Origin: Eukaryota sp. TZLM1-RC
Lineage: Eukaryota; Protista; Metamonada: BaSk clade
Reading direction: 5' to 3'
Length of the DNA: 64,000 bases
Assembly (NCBI GenBank): GCA_040285825.1
Contig: JAUPSS010000004.1
Span: forward strand, 3,328,550-3,392,549
Part shown: one piece after another, positions 12,385 through 23,942 of the stretch
Position numbering within the stretch: the first letter of the stretch is position 1
How the letters are laid out: each line of letters starts with the position of its first letter
The notes under the pieces: generated by a model
Database searches by the model: none
What the model was told of the DNA's origin: nothing
What the model saw: the letters and a program-made list of their open reading frames with translations, nothing else
Position numbers and translations under genes: made by a program

Positions 12385-13045
12385 TTAGCTAAGGCATTTT
12401 AGCAGCTCACAATTGCTAAAAAGGATATTGATAAAACTACCGTTTCAATTCCCAGGATGTCGTTAAGTTTCAAAACAGCTTGTTTTAGTTTAAAGAACGT
12501 TTCTGCTGTCTTTCAGACCATGATGATGAAAATGTTTATTTCCGAAGATGTATTTATATATATATCGATTACAATAGTAGCTGCAGATCTGGATAAATTT
12601 TTGCCCATATATATAAAACTAATACTATTTAAAAATTTTCACAAAATTGTAATTTATCTAAACTAATAGTTATTAATATATATAAATGTATGTACGGCTG
12701 TAGAACACGACAAATTGTTTTATAGTTAACCTTAAACTACCCAAGTGTACCTTTACCACATGCAAGCACAAATTGTAAATTCTAGATAGTATTTTTGTAG
12801 AAAAGCCCATTACATAAATGAACCTAAGATCAAGGGATTAATCAACCTACATCTAAGATTATTAATTACATTAAAGCAAATATCCCTCTAGAACTGCCCC
12901 CAGAAGCCAAGCATATTTTAATAAGTGCTGACGCGTCTGATGTGGTTGTTGGTGAAGTAATATAACACGAAGCTAACCCACTAAAAGATTTTGCGAGTCC
13001 GCTAATTAAGAAAAAGGCTGTACCTATTGCTTTCTTTAACAGAGT
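12385..13045 (+). mobile_element. Second, more degraded and deleted copy of the same gypsy RT/RNase H region
   Basis: Near-repeats of 10770-11510, e.g. ctaaggcatttt..gcagctc and tatccctctagaactgccc..agcatattttaataagtgctgacgcgtctgatgtgg. Confidence 0.75.
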
Positions 13046-13548
13046 ATCATCGACTTTACAAAAGAATTCGTGGCTCATTTTCTTTTGTTATATGCAACAA
13101 AAATCCCGTATTATTTTATTTATGCAAAATAACTTACTTTGATTCTAGTAAAATGTCGTGTGGAAGGAAAAATGACCACAAAGATAACTTAGAGACATAC
13201 ATATCGAAAGTTGCACAAATTACGGAAACACATTTAGCTGGAGAACCAAAATTTCCTAGCAACAATTCATCATAATGTGATATTAATTTAAATTTATCTT
13301 CAGAATGTGTCGCCATCAAATACAGTACAGCACATCTTTTTGGCAAAACATAATTGTGTTTTCAATTTTCAGAGGTGCTGTCCCCTCATTATCTTCTGCT
13401 TTAATATCTCTTGGACGTTTCTGTGAAGAAAAAACCTCCAATCAATTCTGTTTGGCTGATTTCAGATATAAAGATTAAGAATTTCAAGTTTGTTGTTTAG
13501 TTTTTCATTGGAATAAATTGATGTATTGAAACCATAGTTGAAGATTAC

Positions 13549-13916
13549 GTCATGACGTCATGACAAAAGGCTGTTAATTGTAACATTTGAATAAATCTCT
13601 GTCAATTAAGTCCAGCATTGACAATTCAACTAAATTTAATTGACCATGACCCTCTATATTCCACCTGATTGTTGTTTGAAGAGGATACTTCTGTGGTTGG
13701 GGAGTTGTCTCCAACACACAAGCGAGTTAGGTAGATTAGGGATGATGGTAGATTAGTTCGCCTATAGGGCTTATGTATTGTAGACTTATTTCTATTAAAC
13801 AATAACTGTGATGTCTTCTAATCAGATATTGGCGAGTTGTTTGATCATAATTTCTAGTGGAGTAATATTGGTAATATACATGTCATGACGTCATGACAAA
13901 AGGCTGTTAATTGTAA
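13549..13916. repeat. 35-bp direct repeats (13549-13583, 13882-13916) flanking a possible ~155-bp LTR (13670-13824)
   Basis: GTCATGACGTCATGACAAAAGGCTGTTAATTGTAA occurs twice; the internal segment runs TGTTGTTTG...TAATCA and is followed by GATATTGGC. Confidence 0.55.
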
Positions 13917-14213
13917 TCTTCACCTATGATTGAAACACAAAAATACAGAATTCATTAATTAAAATGATGTTGAACCTATCTTTTTGTTACTAATTAATTT
14001 ACTGATTCCGTCTGAAAAATATCTTTATCTCTTAGTTCAATAATTTAAAAATTAAGTTGAAAACATTTACAACTGAGTTACATTGAACGAAACTATAAAA
14101 GAAAGTAAAGTAAATAAACTAAAATAAAAATAAAATAAATAAATAAGGTGCTGTGTAGACATTTGAAAAAATTCATGTTGAAATATGAAAATAAATGGAA
14201 AAAACTAAAAAAC

Positions 14214-17200
14214 CTAACGACGTCGCTTATGGGGTTTTGATCCACCGCCAACACGACGTGTGGAATCGTTCAAAAGACTATCAATGGATCTACAGACAGA
14301 GTTATTATTAGCATATTTGATCAATTCAGACCAAATGGACTCAGATTCCGATAATGCAGCAGTATTACCAACAACAAAGGAGAAATGTTTTGCTCTAGTT
14401 AAAATAACATTGACTCTTCGAACATCCTTCAAGAATCCAATATTCGTGGAACTTCTAACAGGTGATATGATGACAATATCGCTTTCAGTACCTTGAGCCC
14501 CGTCCCCAGTTACGACGTTCACACTGAATATGGATGACCTAAACTGCCGAGCCTTGGTATCAAGAAGCCGTTTTTGTCCCCTATATAAAGCCACAATTAA
14601 AACCGACATTTTAAATTCTTTAACATTGAAATCATTCAGCTTTTTAGTAAAATCATCATCCATTTTGCGAAGTAAATTGAAAATCTGCTCTGCTTCATTA
14701 GGATTACTAAAGGAATGTCCTCTTCCCAATGTCTCGCGCCCATTATTGGCAAGACACATAAATGGTCGATACTTTGGAAGTGAAGCAAAAATACGTTTCT
14801 TTTCAGGGTCTAGCTCATAGGCATGCTGAAGAGAACCATTGTAGAATTGAGTGTTGGGAAAGGAGATAATATCAGGATGGCAACGATATTGGGTAATCAG
14901 TTGTGTAAAACGTCCAGCATCTTGGTGAAGGGGAAGAATTCTTTCAAACATTGATTGTTCAAGAGCTTGAGCCTTGGAAATGACTGTAGCTGGAAGCTGG
15001 AGATGATCACCACAAAGCACAATACGAGACTTCTGCTTCTTTAGTAGCTTAAACGGCACCAAAGCAGCAATTTCAGTTGCCTGGGTTACCTCATCAATGA
15101 GCAATACATCAAAATGGTTTTCCAGAGTGTTGAAGACATCTCGTCCAGCACTCCCAAGGGTTGAGAAAACAAGCTTAAACTGCTTAAGAGACACACTTTT
15201 TGAATCAGTCGAGGTTGTAGAATCCAATATTGTATCAAGAGAATAATCGCGAAGATCAGCAGCAAGTTCTTGGGCGCTCACTCTGCACATAACACGGCTC
15301 AGAACTTCATGTTGTCCACATCTACGGAGAATTTCATCATTGGAGTGATTTGAGGGTGTGCACACCAGTACTTTATGCTGACCACGTATCAATAAACGGA
15401 TTAGTTCAACCAACGTTCGAGTTTTACCTTGTGTTAAACGAATGAAGCAACATACCTGTTCCCGGAGGTCCTTGAATTAGGTAAAATCCATCTTGTAGGG
15501 TGCAGACGTTTTTCAAACATCTCTGTTGAGTTTCATTTAGCGATAATGGTATATTTGGTATTAAAGTATCGAACGGAACAAAACGGCTAGGTATGCCTTG
15601 AATGAGTGACTTTTTAATAGCATCAGGCATCTCCAGCTTACGTAACGCCTCCCACTCACGCTGATTCGTTACAACACTACATAGCTTAAGTGCTCCACGC
15701 TTCCCAAAGTGAGCAAATTTTGATTTTGCTTCTCGCCGGAACATCAAACTGTACTTTCCACGAGCAACGTTCTCCACCACAGCCAACTCACAATCTCCTG
15801 GTTGGCAATAACTAGGGTCCTCCAAGAATTGCTGTAACACATTAATGTCCCCAATCATTAATAAATCATGTTTAGAAAGCTGCTGTGAATTATCCTCAGA
15901 ACCCAAAAACTGCTTCTCAGTGCCCTCAAGAGTGGAATTTAGAGCTGTTTCAGCCTCTATTGTGAAATGGTAAGACTTTTGTTTAATATTTGCAGTAGGA
16001 ATGTACAGCAAAATTCTATCAGAAATACCATCTTCTATATTAGACTGTATTTGAGTAAAGAGTTCCACTTCAATCAAAGGAGTGAAAAACTCTTGGTACT
16101 TCTGCAAGGATTCAAAAGAAGCAGCAGCAGGCTTCTTTTCATACTTCCACTTTGATTGAACTACATGAGCAGGTTGAGAGAAATCACTGGGTGGTAACGA
16201 AAACAACTTTTGGAATAATTGAAAGGGACTGGGGATTGAATGAGGTTTGATAGAAGGTCTAGCCTTAGTGAGACTAGGTAAAGTCTGGGGTCCTTTCAAC
16301 AAAGTGCGTGGTTCCTTTTGTGAAACAGAACTACTGGATGTGACCATTGAATGTCCTTTGATGGCGTTGATAGCTCGTGAGGTAAGATCAGGACTGGTGA
16401 TCTCTTTAATTGAACCACTTGTTTGAAACTCGGAGATATTATCCAAAACTCGCATGGTATTGTGAGCAATATGAATCCTGGCATTGTGACGAGCTGCATT
16501 AATCATTTGAAAAAACTTATCAAGATTTAAATCTTTCAAAGAAGGCAACATTTTTGGAATGAGTGTAACTAAGGGTTCACCAATCGAATTAGAAAATTGT
16601 GAGTTGCAGAACGCAGCAGACCCTAAATGAGTAAGAATGTTTCTTATAATTAATGAGAGGTGAGGATGGGCTGACTGCATATGTGTGATTTGGTCCACAA
16701 ATCTTCTTAAGAACTTGATGATTGAGAGATATGATGTAGGTGTTTTAAAAACATTACCACATAGAACGACATCAATAAAGCTGAGGGCTTTGATGATACA
16801 AATTTCAGAATTCCAAAACAATTTTGAACGACCAAAAAACTCATCAGATGTCCCACTTTCGCTTGATAGATCTATAAAAGACGACTCAGTAGGAAGACTT
16901 GCCTCCTCCAAGGAGGCTTCTTCTATGAGATTTAAAATAACAGAAAAAGACATTAAAACATTTTGAAGATCAATTACTTCAAGACTATGGTAATACGACA
17001 AGGCGGTGATGAGGTTAACAAAAATGGACGCAATTGGATTATCAGGAAGAGTAGCTGAGATCCGATTGAAAACTCCAAAAAGAGATTCACTGACATTTAA
17101 GCGCTCAAGGGTGGGAGTGAAAACACGATGAAACACCTTTGTGATGCTGTCAAGGTCTAAAACATTGGCCAAAGTGATCCAATAACAGCAGAATGATGAT

Positions 17201-18327
17201 AATGAAGCAATTTCTGTGTTAGTGAATGCTTCTTGTACAGATGCAAGATCGTTAGACACCACTGCATCAATAACCTGAGCTAGCTCTTTAGACTTTAACT
17301 CACAGATGGATTCAACCTTCGCAGCAACGCTCCTAATCAGCCTTTGATCCGGTGAAGGATTGACAAGAGCTGCAAGTGATCTATAGTAGAGAAACCCCGT
17401 AATGACATGTGCATAAATCTTGTACTTGTTCTTCTGCAGTATGTGATTAACAAAATCAGACCTAAAGAACCAAAACTCTCTCAGTTCTGGTACACCCAAC
17501 AGTATCTGGTTTCTGTAGAAAGATTTACTCAATGTGGAAAAAAAGTTTTGCAAAACATTGCTTATAGTTGGACCAAGGACTGCGTTTTCCTTTTTTCCAT
17601 ACAAGTTGCTTATACAAGACTCTAGAGTGGCAAACTGTTGCTCAAACGTGACAGCTGCGCATCTGAGAATCACATGAAACAAAATGCCTACTTTTTGAAT
17701 ATCTTGTGAGCTATACTTAGTTGTGGTGAGATGTAAATCAATAAATTTCTGAAAACTACTTGAAAACTCAGTCACATCCTTATTAATGAAAGAATAAACT
17801 ACAGAATTACCAGCACTAAGAACAGTATGTTGAGCATTATGATCTAGTTTAGCCCTCCAGACTGATTTGATTGAGTTGAAAAACGGCTTAAGAAATGAAT
17901 CAGCGGAAGGAACTGATAACAAATAAATCATGCTCAAAATAAAACAATGCGATGCAAACAAATCACTGGTGTCATCATCAGTGAGATAGTTTGCGAATAG
18001 AAGGAAGTGGTGTTGTATGTGTGATAGATCGGATATTAATCTACTATTGTCGATTTTTTTGGAGTATTGTCTTTCTAGTAGAGTGTACGCAAAAGAAAAA
18101 CATCTGTGGACAGTTTCTTCAGACGTGTGTTCATCCTTGGACCACTTCAAAGCGACTTGAAACAAAAATTCTATGGGAAGTGCAAATTTGGCCGATTCTG
18201 ACACTTTGGCCAAGCAATGTTGGAACTGCTGGGAAGAGTGGCGTGAAAGGAAATCCACCAACTTTGGGCTCGGAGCTTCTCCGGTGACGATATGATGTAA
18301 CTCTTCACATATAGAAGACGTACTCAT
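14214..18327 (-). CDS. Sen1/Upf1-like superfamily 1 RNA/DNA helicase with long N-terminal helical region; intron 15428-15455
   Basis: Removing the 28-nt GT-AG intron restores Walker A IQGPPGTGKT; also LIDEVTQA, GDHLQLPAT, QYRCHP, GAQGTE, RRVNVILTRAK. Confidence 0.88.
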
Positions 18328-18394
18328 GGTGAACAAGGCCTACTGAGAATGTTGTTGGGCCTTAAATAATGAATGGTTCAAAGGTTTTGTGATG

Positions 18395-18640
18395 ATCAAT
18401 ACTGTGAATTTCACTTATCATGCATTCCCCTGTGAAATTCACTCCTGTTTTCAACTCCCTCAGTGTCTACTCACAGGCTGTAAGAGACATGTAGCATCAT
18501 TTGACAAAGACAATCATGATCTTCATCAATGGGCTACCTCACTTAAATACACCTACTGCTTTCACAGAACAAAGCCTCGCGACTTGATGTATCTAAGTGG
18601 ATCTACCAAATGCTACTAGGGCATTTGTAGATCGGTCTCA
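18395..18640 (-). ncRNA. Candidate Fanzor omega-RNA scaffold
   Basis: Five closely spaced hairpins (18600-18633, 18540-18599, 18491-18537, 18464-18489, 18404-18442) directly downstream of Fanzor B. The non-Watson-Crick pairs in the stems are G.U only on the minus strand. Confidence 0.65.
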
Positions 18641-18674
18641 AAAGTTTTTGTTTCTGTATGCTCAGGTTCCCCAT

Positions 18675-20624
18675 TCATCTTCTCAACAGAGCATCTGGGC
18701 AAATGTATCTTTCCGGTCACAATTCCACTTTCTTCTTAATTTGAATATTTTTTGCAGCGGAAATATCTCTGTCATATACTATTTGACACTCAGTACAAAT
18801 ACGCATCTGCCATGAGCCTGCTTGAATATTCTCGGCCATGCAACAACTTGACATTTTGCTTGTATTAAATTCACTGGTTGACAAGTGCTTCACGTCCTTT
18901 TGATAACACAACCATTTTCAGAAAGCCCTTGCTGATCCATATCGATTGACTTTTCGGCAATGAGAAGGGAAATTAGCAGAACCCACAGCAAGATAGAGTT
19001 TTTCAGGATGTCCAGCCAGCCTTTGAAATTTGTTGAGACTCTCTCTGAACCGTCTCTCTTTTCGTCTGCGGTTATCAAATTTAATTATTTTCCATTTCTG
19101 GCGATTACTTTCCAAATACACTTTCCTCCTAACCAAATTCCAATGGTTCAAATATTGGTTGAAATTTTGAACGGAATATTGGTTGGGAGAGTGTTTACTG
19201 GGTGAAGGTTTTGTCATGTATCTTCTGCCAGTTGGACAAGGGATAACTCCACATTGATTATCATTTAAGAAGTAACCACATAATCTTGATTGGCCAAGAT
19301 CAACGCCGATAAGGGGGCTTTCAGGTAAAATTTCGACTGGATGTCTACGTCTTCGACGGGGCATTTTTTTAGTACCCTTCAACTGTGTTTCTCTGGTTTT
19401 GTTGGCATTAGGGTCACTTTTCATTTCATTTTTTGATCTTCTTTTCTTTTTCGGTGGTTCATCCAGCTCATCTGTGTTTTCTGAGTCATTTTTACCTTCC
19501 AAGGTCAAAAGCAGTTCATTACCATTAGTTTTCAATAAAATTTTGTTAAATCTATTTTTCAAACTTTTTCTGTTGATATTGAATTTTTGGTAAGGACATT
19601 GTTTGAATATTCGTTTCAGACATGTATTTTTGATAAACTTTGTTTTGGAAGATGATCCTTCAATAATTGGAAATTTTTTCACAGAGTGAAAAATTTGTGA
19701 AGGTACCTCAATAAATTTAGAACCTTTATGAGAAGCTAAAGGTATTATTCTAAATTTCTTCCAGCAATGCATATGAGAAAAGAAAGTGAGTAAGTATTGT
19801 GAAATTTTAAAATTGAAGAGAAAAAGCTCACCAATTTTCTTTGATGAAAAAGTGATTTTATCATGTGAGGACAGTAGCGAGGCAGTGGTAGGAAATTTTT
19901 GGAGGAGATTCAAGATAAACCTACATGCATTCAATAAAAAAGTCTTTCTCTTGAATTATTCAAATTGAAATTGATGAGGTATTCAAGAACAGAATCAACT
20001 ACTACTTCCTCGGGTTGGGCTAGTGGTTCATCTGGCAAAAGTGAAAGAATATTATTTGCAAAGACATTTGTTTTATTCAGGGCTCTACAATGAGCACGAA
20101 TAAAGTTTTTTGTCCAGGATTGACAAATTTTGGGTAAACTTGTCTTCACGTTGGAGGCCAATTGACGAGCCTGACAAGCAAGGTAAGGAGAAAGCCCTTT
20201 TCTATTGATAAAATTACAGTTCTGGGACTGCAGCCAATCATTGAGGAAAAGATTGAATGAATTTCTGAGGCACTAAAGAATTTTCCCACACAGAAACAAG
20301 AGACCTGTCTTGTGGGCATTCAGGAAGAAATCCATTGTAAAAGATATGGAGTAATTGGCGTTGGCCTTTAGATGTGGAAGGCTTAGGAAAAGAACCAGTG
20401 GTGATGACGGTCATAAACAGAAACCATACATCCTGTTCCACTAAAGCTCTAGATGCCAACGGAAAATTTAGAAGAAAAGATTGAAGTAATAAAGAAGCTT
20501 CATGACAAATCTCGGTGACCACAGGAAGGTCAGTCCGAATTTGTTGCACCGCTGCAGGGGTCAGCAGCGAGTTAAGTGCACATGACCGAGTGAATACACG
20601 TGCCACAGAGTGGGTGTCTGACAT
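18675..20624 (-). pseudogene. Fanzor1-like nuclease locus B, near full length (~640 codons), with 2 frameshifts and 2 in-frame TGA
   Basis: N-terminal VTEICHEASLLLQSFLL and RKGLSPYLACQARQLASNV; RuvC-I LIGVDLG; LAVGSANF; RuvC-II SEFNTSK; CC...CTEC zinc ligands; RuvC-III YDRDISAAKNI; terminal L*PERY. Confidence 0.88.
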
Positions 20625-20994
20625 GTAGTGAGAATAAAGAGCTCATCTATCAAATTTTACACTTGTCACCCCATTTTCGACTTCTGGTTGCCTGTTCTGG
20701 GAGGTTTTTAACCCTCAACTTGGTTTTGGGAGGTTTTCACTATTCCCACACTTTCCCCTCACTTCATAAACTAGGTTCATAAATTAGGTATCCTTTGTAA
20801 AAGTTGCACTGGAGTAGTCAATGACATCCATATACGACCACCTACTACCATGCTTTCTATCTGAGTTCTCTGCTTGTTACATGAACTGCTTTTATCACAA
20901 GCCTCCCCTTCTTGCTCAATTTACAGACCACCGATCTTCGTTTATCAATATTACACTGAAGCACCTCCTCACCTCAGTAATCCGCTCTCTTGAT

Positions 20995-21250
20995 CTGGAA
21001 ATTGTCTTGCCAAGATTAATTGTTGGGTTTCAGGGTTCTTCAACTTGATTGATGTAATGCACCATGTCATTAGGACAATTTCGTGTGCTGGAATGCAGGA
21101 AACGCATATTGTGGTTTTGCAATAATTGAAACGCTACTGTGATAAATGGACCACCACACGTACAAGCATGCTAGCAAGCATTTGAGTCATTATTTTGGGT
21201 ATTATATGTGAAACAAAAAAACAACTAAACCTAAATATATTCAAAAGTTG
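20995..21250 (-). promoter_or_regulatory. Orphan copy of the H3-to-H4 intergenic spacer / H4 upstream region, with no H4 gene following
   Basis: Colinear with 23943-24215 and 37165-37220, e.g. AAGTTGAAGAACCCTGAAACCCAACA...ATTAATCTTGGCAAGACAATTTCCAG. Confidence 0.75.
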
Positions 21251-21266
21251 AGTATTGAAGAACACT
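21251..21266 (-). promoter_or_regulatory. Histone 3' stem-loop (H3): AGTGTT-CTTC-AATACT
   Basis: 6-bp stem, 4-nt loop, 17 nt after the stop; motif shared by all 9 histone genes. Confidence 0.75.
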
Positions 21267-21283
21267 ACAACTATAAAGCACAA

Positions 21284-21691
21284 TTAAAAATCAGAACGAA
21301 TTCTCTTAGCCAAGGCCATATCCTTGGGCATAATGGTAACACGTTTAGCATGGATAGCACAGAGATTTGTGTCTTCAAACAAACCAACAAGGTAAGCTTC
21401 AGCAGCTTCTTGAAGTGCAGAGATACCAGAGGCTTGGAATCTCAACTCACCCTTAAATTCTTGGGCAATTTCTCTAACCAAACGTTGGAAGGGTAGCTTG
21501 CGGATCAAGAGTTCAGTAGACTTTTGGTACTTTCTGATTTCACGGAGAGCAACAGTACCAGGACGATAACGATGGGGTTTCTTGATACCACCAGTAGCGG
21601 GTGCAGCTTTGCGAGCAGCCTTGGTAGCCAAATGCTTTCTTGGAGTCTTGGTGGAGGTAGTCTTGCGAGAGGTTTGCTTAGTACGTGCCAT
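21284..21691 (-). CDS. H3: Histone H3
   Basis: ARTKQT...[40 protein letters not shown]. Confidence 0.98.
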   Translation of the reverse strand: MARTKQTSRKTTSTKTPRKHLATKAARKAAPATGGIKKPHRYRPGTVALREIRKYQKSTELLIRKLPFQRLVREIAQEFKGELRFQASGISALQEAAEAYLVGLFEDTNLCAIHAKRVTIMPKDMALAKRIRSDF

Positions 21692-22122
21692 TAGTGTAGA
21701 TCAGGATTATTGTAAAAAGCATTGTAATTGAGCAGAAATTCAGAGCAGGGAAAATGTCTTGCGAGAATCAATTGTCATTTGCTTTTGTTGGTTACTTTTT
21801 GGGGGTTTAATTGTTTGGACTGTTCTAGTCGGTCTTCTCAAGAGATGCACTTCGTTCTGGGACTACAAGGTTTCGATTAACCGACAGTAGGTCAATTTGT
21901 CACAGTCATCAGAATGATTGAAACATTGATGATATTTTACAACTCAATAACGTATTCCAAAAGCTTTGAGGCTGGGGGCAATAATGAATTCACTGTCGAA
22001 TCGCTTCTAGCTATTTTTTTCTTGATGTTTTCTATTTTTGTTGCAAGACCAAATAAAGAAATAGATACAGAAATCATAAACGTTAATGAAAAAACAGGAG
22101 AAAAAGTCAAATTTATTACCCA

Positions 22123-22138
22123 AGTGTTGAAAAACACC
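22123..22138 (-). promoter_or_regulatory. Histone 3' stem-loop (H2A): GGTGTT-TTTC-AACACT
   Basis: Shared hairpin 12 nt after the stop. Confidence 0.78.
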
Positions 22139-22150
22139 ATAAAATACAAC

Positions 22151-22534
22151 CTAGATTTCTTGAGAAGCTTGTTCTTCGGCTTCAACACGAGCCTTGGACC
22201 CCTTGGGAAGGAGATCGGAATGAATATGTGGAAGAACACCACCAGAGGGAATCATAATGTGGGACAAGAGCTTACTGAGTTCTTCATCATTACGGATAGC
22301 CAAGAGAATGTGTCTGGGGACAATACGGGTCTTCTTGTTATCTCTAGCAGCGTTACCAGACAATTCAAGGACCTCAGCGGTGAGGTATTCAAGGACAGCA
22401 GCCATATAGACGGGAGCACCAGCTGCAATACGTTCAGCATAGCGACCTTCACGGAGGTAACGACGGATACGACCTACAGGGAATTGGAGTCCAGCTTTGA
22501 AGGAGAGAGTTCGAGCACCAGTTTCTTCAGCCAT
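22151..22534 (-). CDS. H2A: Histone H2A with C-terminal SQEI (H2A.X-type motif)
   Basis: [10 protein letters not shown]...[36 protein letters not shown]; ATG at 22534. Confidence 0.97.
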   Translation of the reverse strand: MAEETGARTLSFKAGLQFPVGRIRRYLREGRYAERIAAGAPVYMAAVLEYLTAEVLELSGNAARDNKKTRIVPRHILLAIRNDEELSKLLSHIMIPSGGVLPHIHSDLLPKGSKARVEAEEQASQEI

Positions 22535-22683
22535 GAGAGATGAATTAATGAGGATGAGGAAATAGAATTTCAATTTCAACACGACAATTTTGATTGTTGC
22601 AAGATTGTCATTTGTGGCAAAACATTGAATCAGCATGTTTGTCTTGCAAACACTGAATCTCAATCACCATTTCTCTCAATCTC

Positions 22684-23118
22684 ATGCCCGGAAAAAAGTC
22701 TGTAAAGTCTACCAAATCCATCAAGGGAGTTCCCTCTAAAGCCCCATCAAAGGCCCCTGCCAAAGCCGTAAGCAAAGCTGTTGCTGAAGGAGGTGTGGTC
22801 GCTGCTGCCCCCAAGCGCAAGAAGGCCCGTAAGGAGACATGGGCTACTTACATTTACCGTGTTCTTCGTCAAGTCCATCCCGATACTGGTATCTCCACCA
22901 AGGCCATGGGAATCATGAACTCTTTTGTCAATGACATTTTTGAACGTATCGCCACTGAAGCTTCTCGTCTTGCTCGTGTCAACAAGAGGAATACCCTTTC
23001 TTCTCGTGAGATTCAGACTGCTGTTAGATTATTGTTGCCTGGTGAACTCTCCAAGCATGCTGTTTCTGAAGGAACCAAGGCTGTTACCAAGTTTACCTCT
23101 GCTGGTGAAGCTGAATAG
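22684..23118 (+). CDS. H2B: Histone H2B
   Basis: [35 protein letters not shown]...[30 protein letters not shown]. Confidence 0.98.
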   Translation: MPGKKSVKSTKSIKGVPSKAPSKAPAKAVSKAVAEGGVVAAAPKRKKARKETWATYIYRVLRQVHPDTGISTKAMGIMNSFVNDIFERIATEASRLARVNKRNTLSSREIQTAVRLLLPGELSKHAVSEGTKAVTKFTSAGEAE

Positions 23119-23134
23119 ATTTGTGGTTTTTGAT

Positions 23135-23150
23135 GGTGTTTTTCAACACT
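23135..23150 (+). promoter_or_regulatory. Histone 3' stem-loop (H2B): GGTGTT-TTTC-AACACT
   Basis: Shared hairpin 16 nt after the stop. Confidence 0.78.
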
Positions 23151-23501
23151 GGATAAATTTGTTTTTTTTGTGTATTTTAATTTAAAATGTTTTATTGATG
23201 TTTTCATCTGGATGGAAGTTTTGGAGAAAATACAAATGACAATTGTTCAATCAAATTGGGATTTGCTAAACCTGTTGTTCCTAATAAATTCCTAAATAAT
23301 ATTTCAATAGTTCGACATAGGGCAAGAATTAAGTGCACATCTGATGAAGAGCGACAACAAAGCCGTAGGTCTACACAACCAAACCACCAAAAACAAACCA
23401 TACAACAAAAGCAAATGACAATTGATTCTTGCAAGACATTTTCCCTGCTCTGAATTTCTGCTCAATAACAATGCTTTTTACAATAATCCTGATCTACACT
23501 A

Positions 23502-23909
23502 ATGGCCCGTACTAAGCAAACCTCTCGCAAGACTACCTCCACCAAGACTCCAAGAAAGCATTTGGCTACCAAGGCTGCTCGCAAAGCTGCTCCCGCTACC
23601 GGTGGTATCAAGAAACCCCATCGTTATCGCCCTGGTACCGTTGCTCTCCGTGAAATCAGAAAGTACCAAAAGTCTACTGAACTCTTGATCCGCAAGCTTC
23701 CCTTCCAACGTTTGGTTAGAGAAATTGCCCAAGAATTTAAGGGTGAGTTGAGATTCCAAGCCTCTGGTATCTCTGCACTTCAAGAAGCTGCTGAAGCTTA
23801 CCTTGTTGGTTTGTTTGAAGACACCAATCTCTGTGCTATCCATGCTAAACGTGTTACCATTATGCCCAAGGATATGGCCTTGGCTAAGAGAATTCGTTCT
23901 GATTTTTAA
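23502..23909 (+). CDS. H3: Histone H3
   Basis: Protein identical to 21284-21691. Confidence 0.98.
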   Translation: MARTKQTSRKTTSTKTPRKHLATKAARKAAPATGGIKKPHRYRPGTVALREIRKYQKSTELLIRKLPFQRLVREIAQEFKGELRFQASGISALQEAAEAYLVGLFEDTNLCAIHAKRVTIMPKDMALAKRIRSDF

Positions 23910-23926
23910 TTGTGATTAATAGTTGT

Positions 23927-23942
23927 GGTGTTCTTCAATACT
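23927..23942 (+). promoter_or_regulatory. Histone 3' stem-loop (H3): GGTGTT-CTTC-AATACT
   Basis: Shared hairpin 17 nt after the stop. Confidence 0.75.

Larger units (their letters stand above)
18395..20994 (-). mobile_element. Putative 2.6-kb non-autonomous Fanzor element (no transposase inside)
   Basis: Left boundary is the abrupt end of homology to the histone H3-H4 spacer at 20995. Ends read ATCAA...TTGAT with hairpins near both. The right boundary is inferred. Confidence 0.5.

Noticed and set aside
18717-18920. Stop-codon reassignment or readthrough explaining in-frame TGA/TAA in Fanzor ORFs
   Set aside because: Host genes terminate with TAA (H3), TAG (H4, H2A) and TGA (PPIL3) and contain no internal stops; the Fanzor copies also carry frameshifts.
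20230-20310. Short intron explaining the Fanzor B frameshift (GTCTCT...TTTAG, 32 nt)
   Set aside because: It lacks the GTAT donor and -7 branch motif, and its removal does not give the required frame. The other shift (about 19935-19941) lies in a T run.
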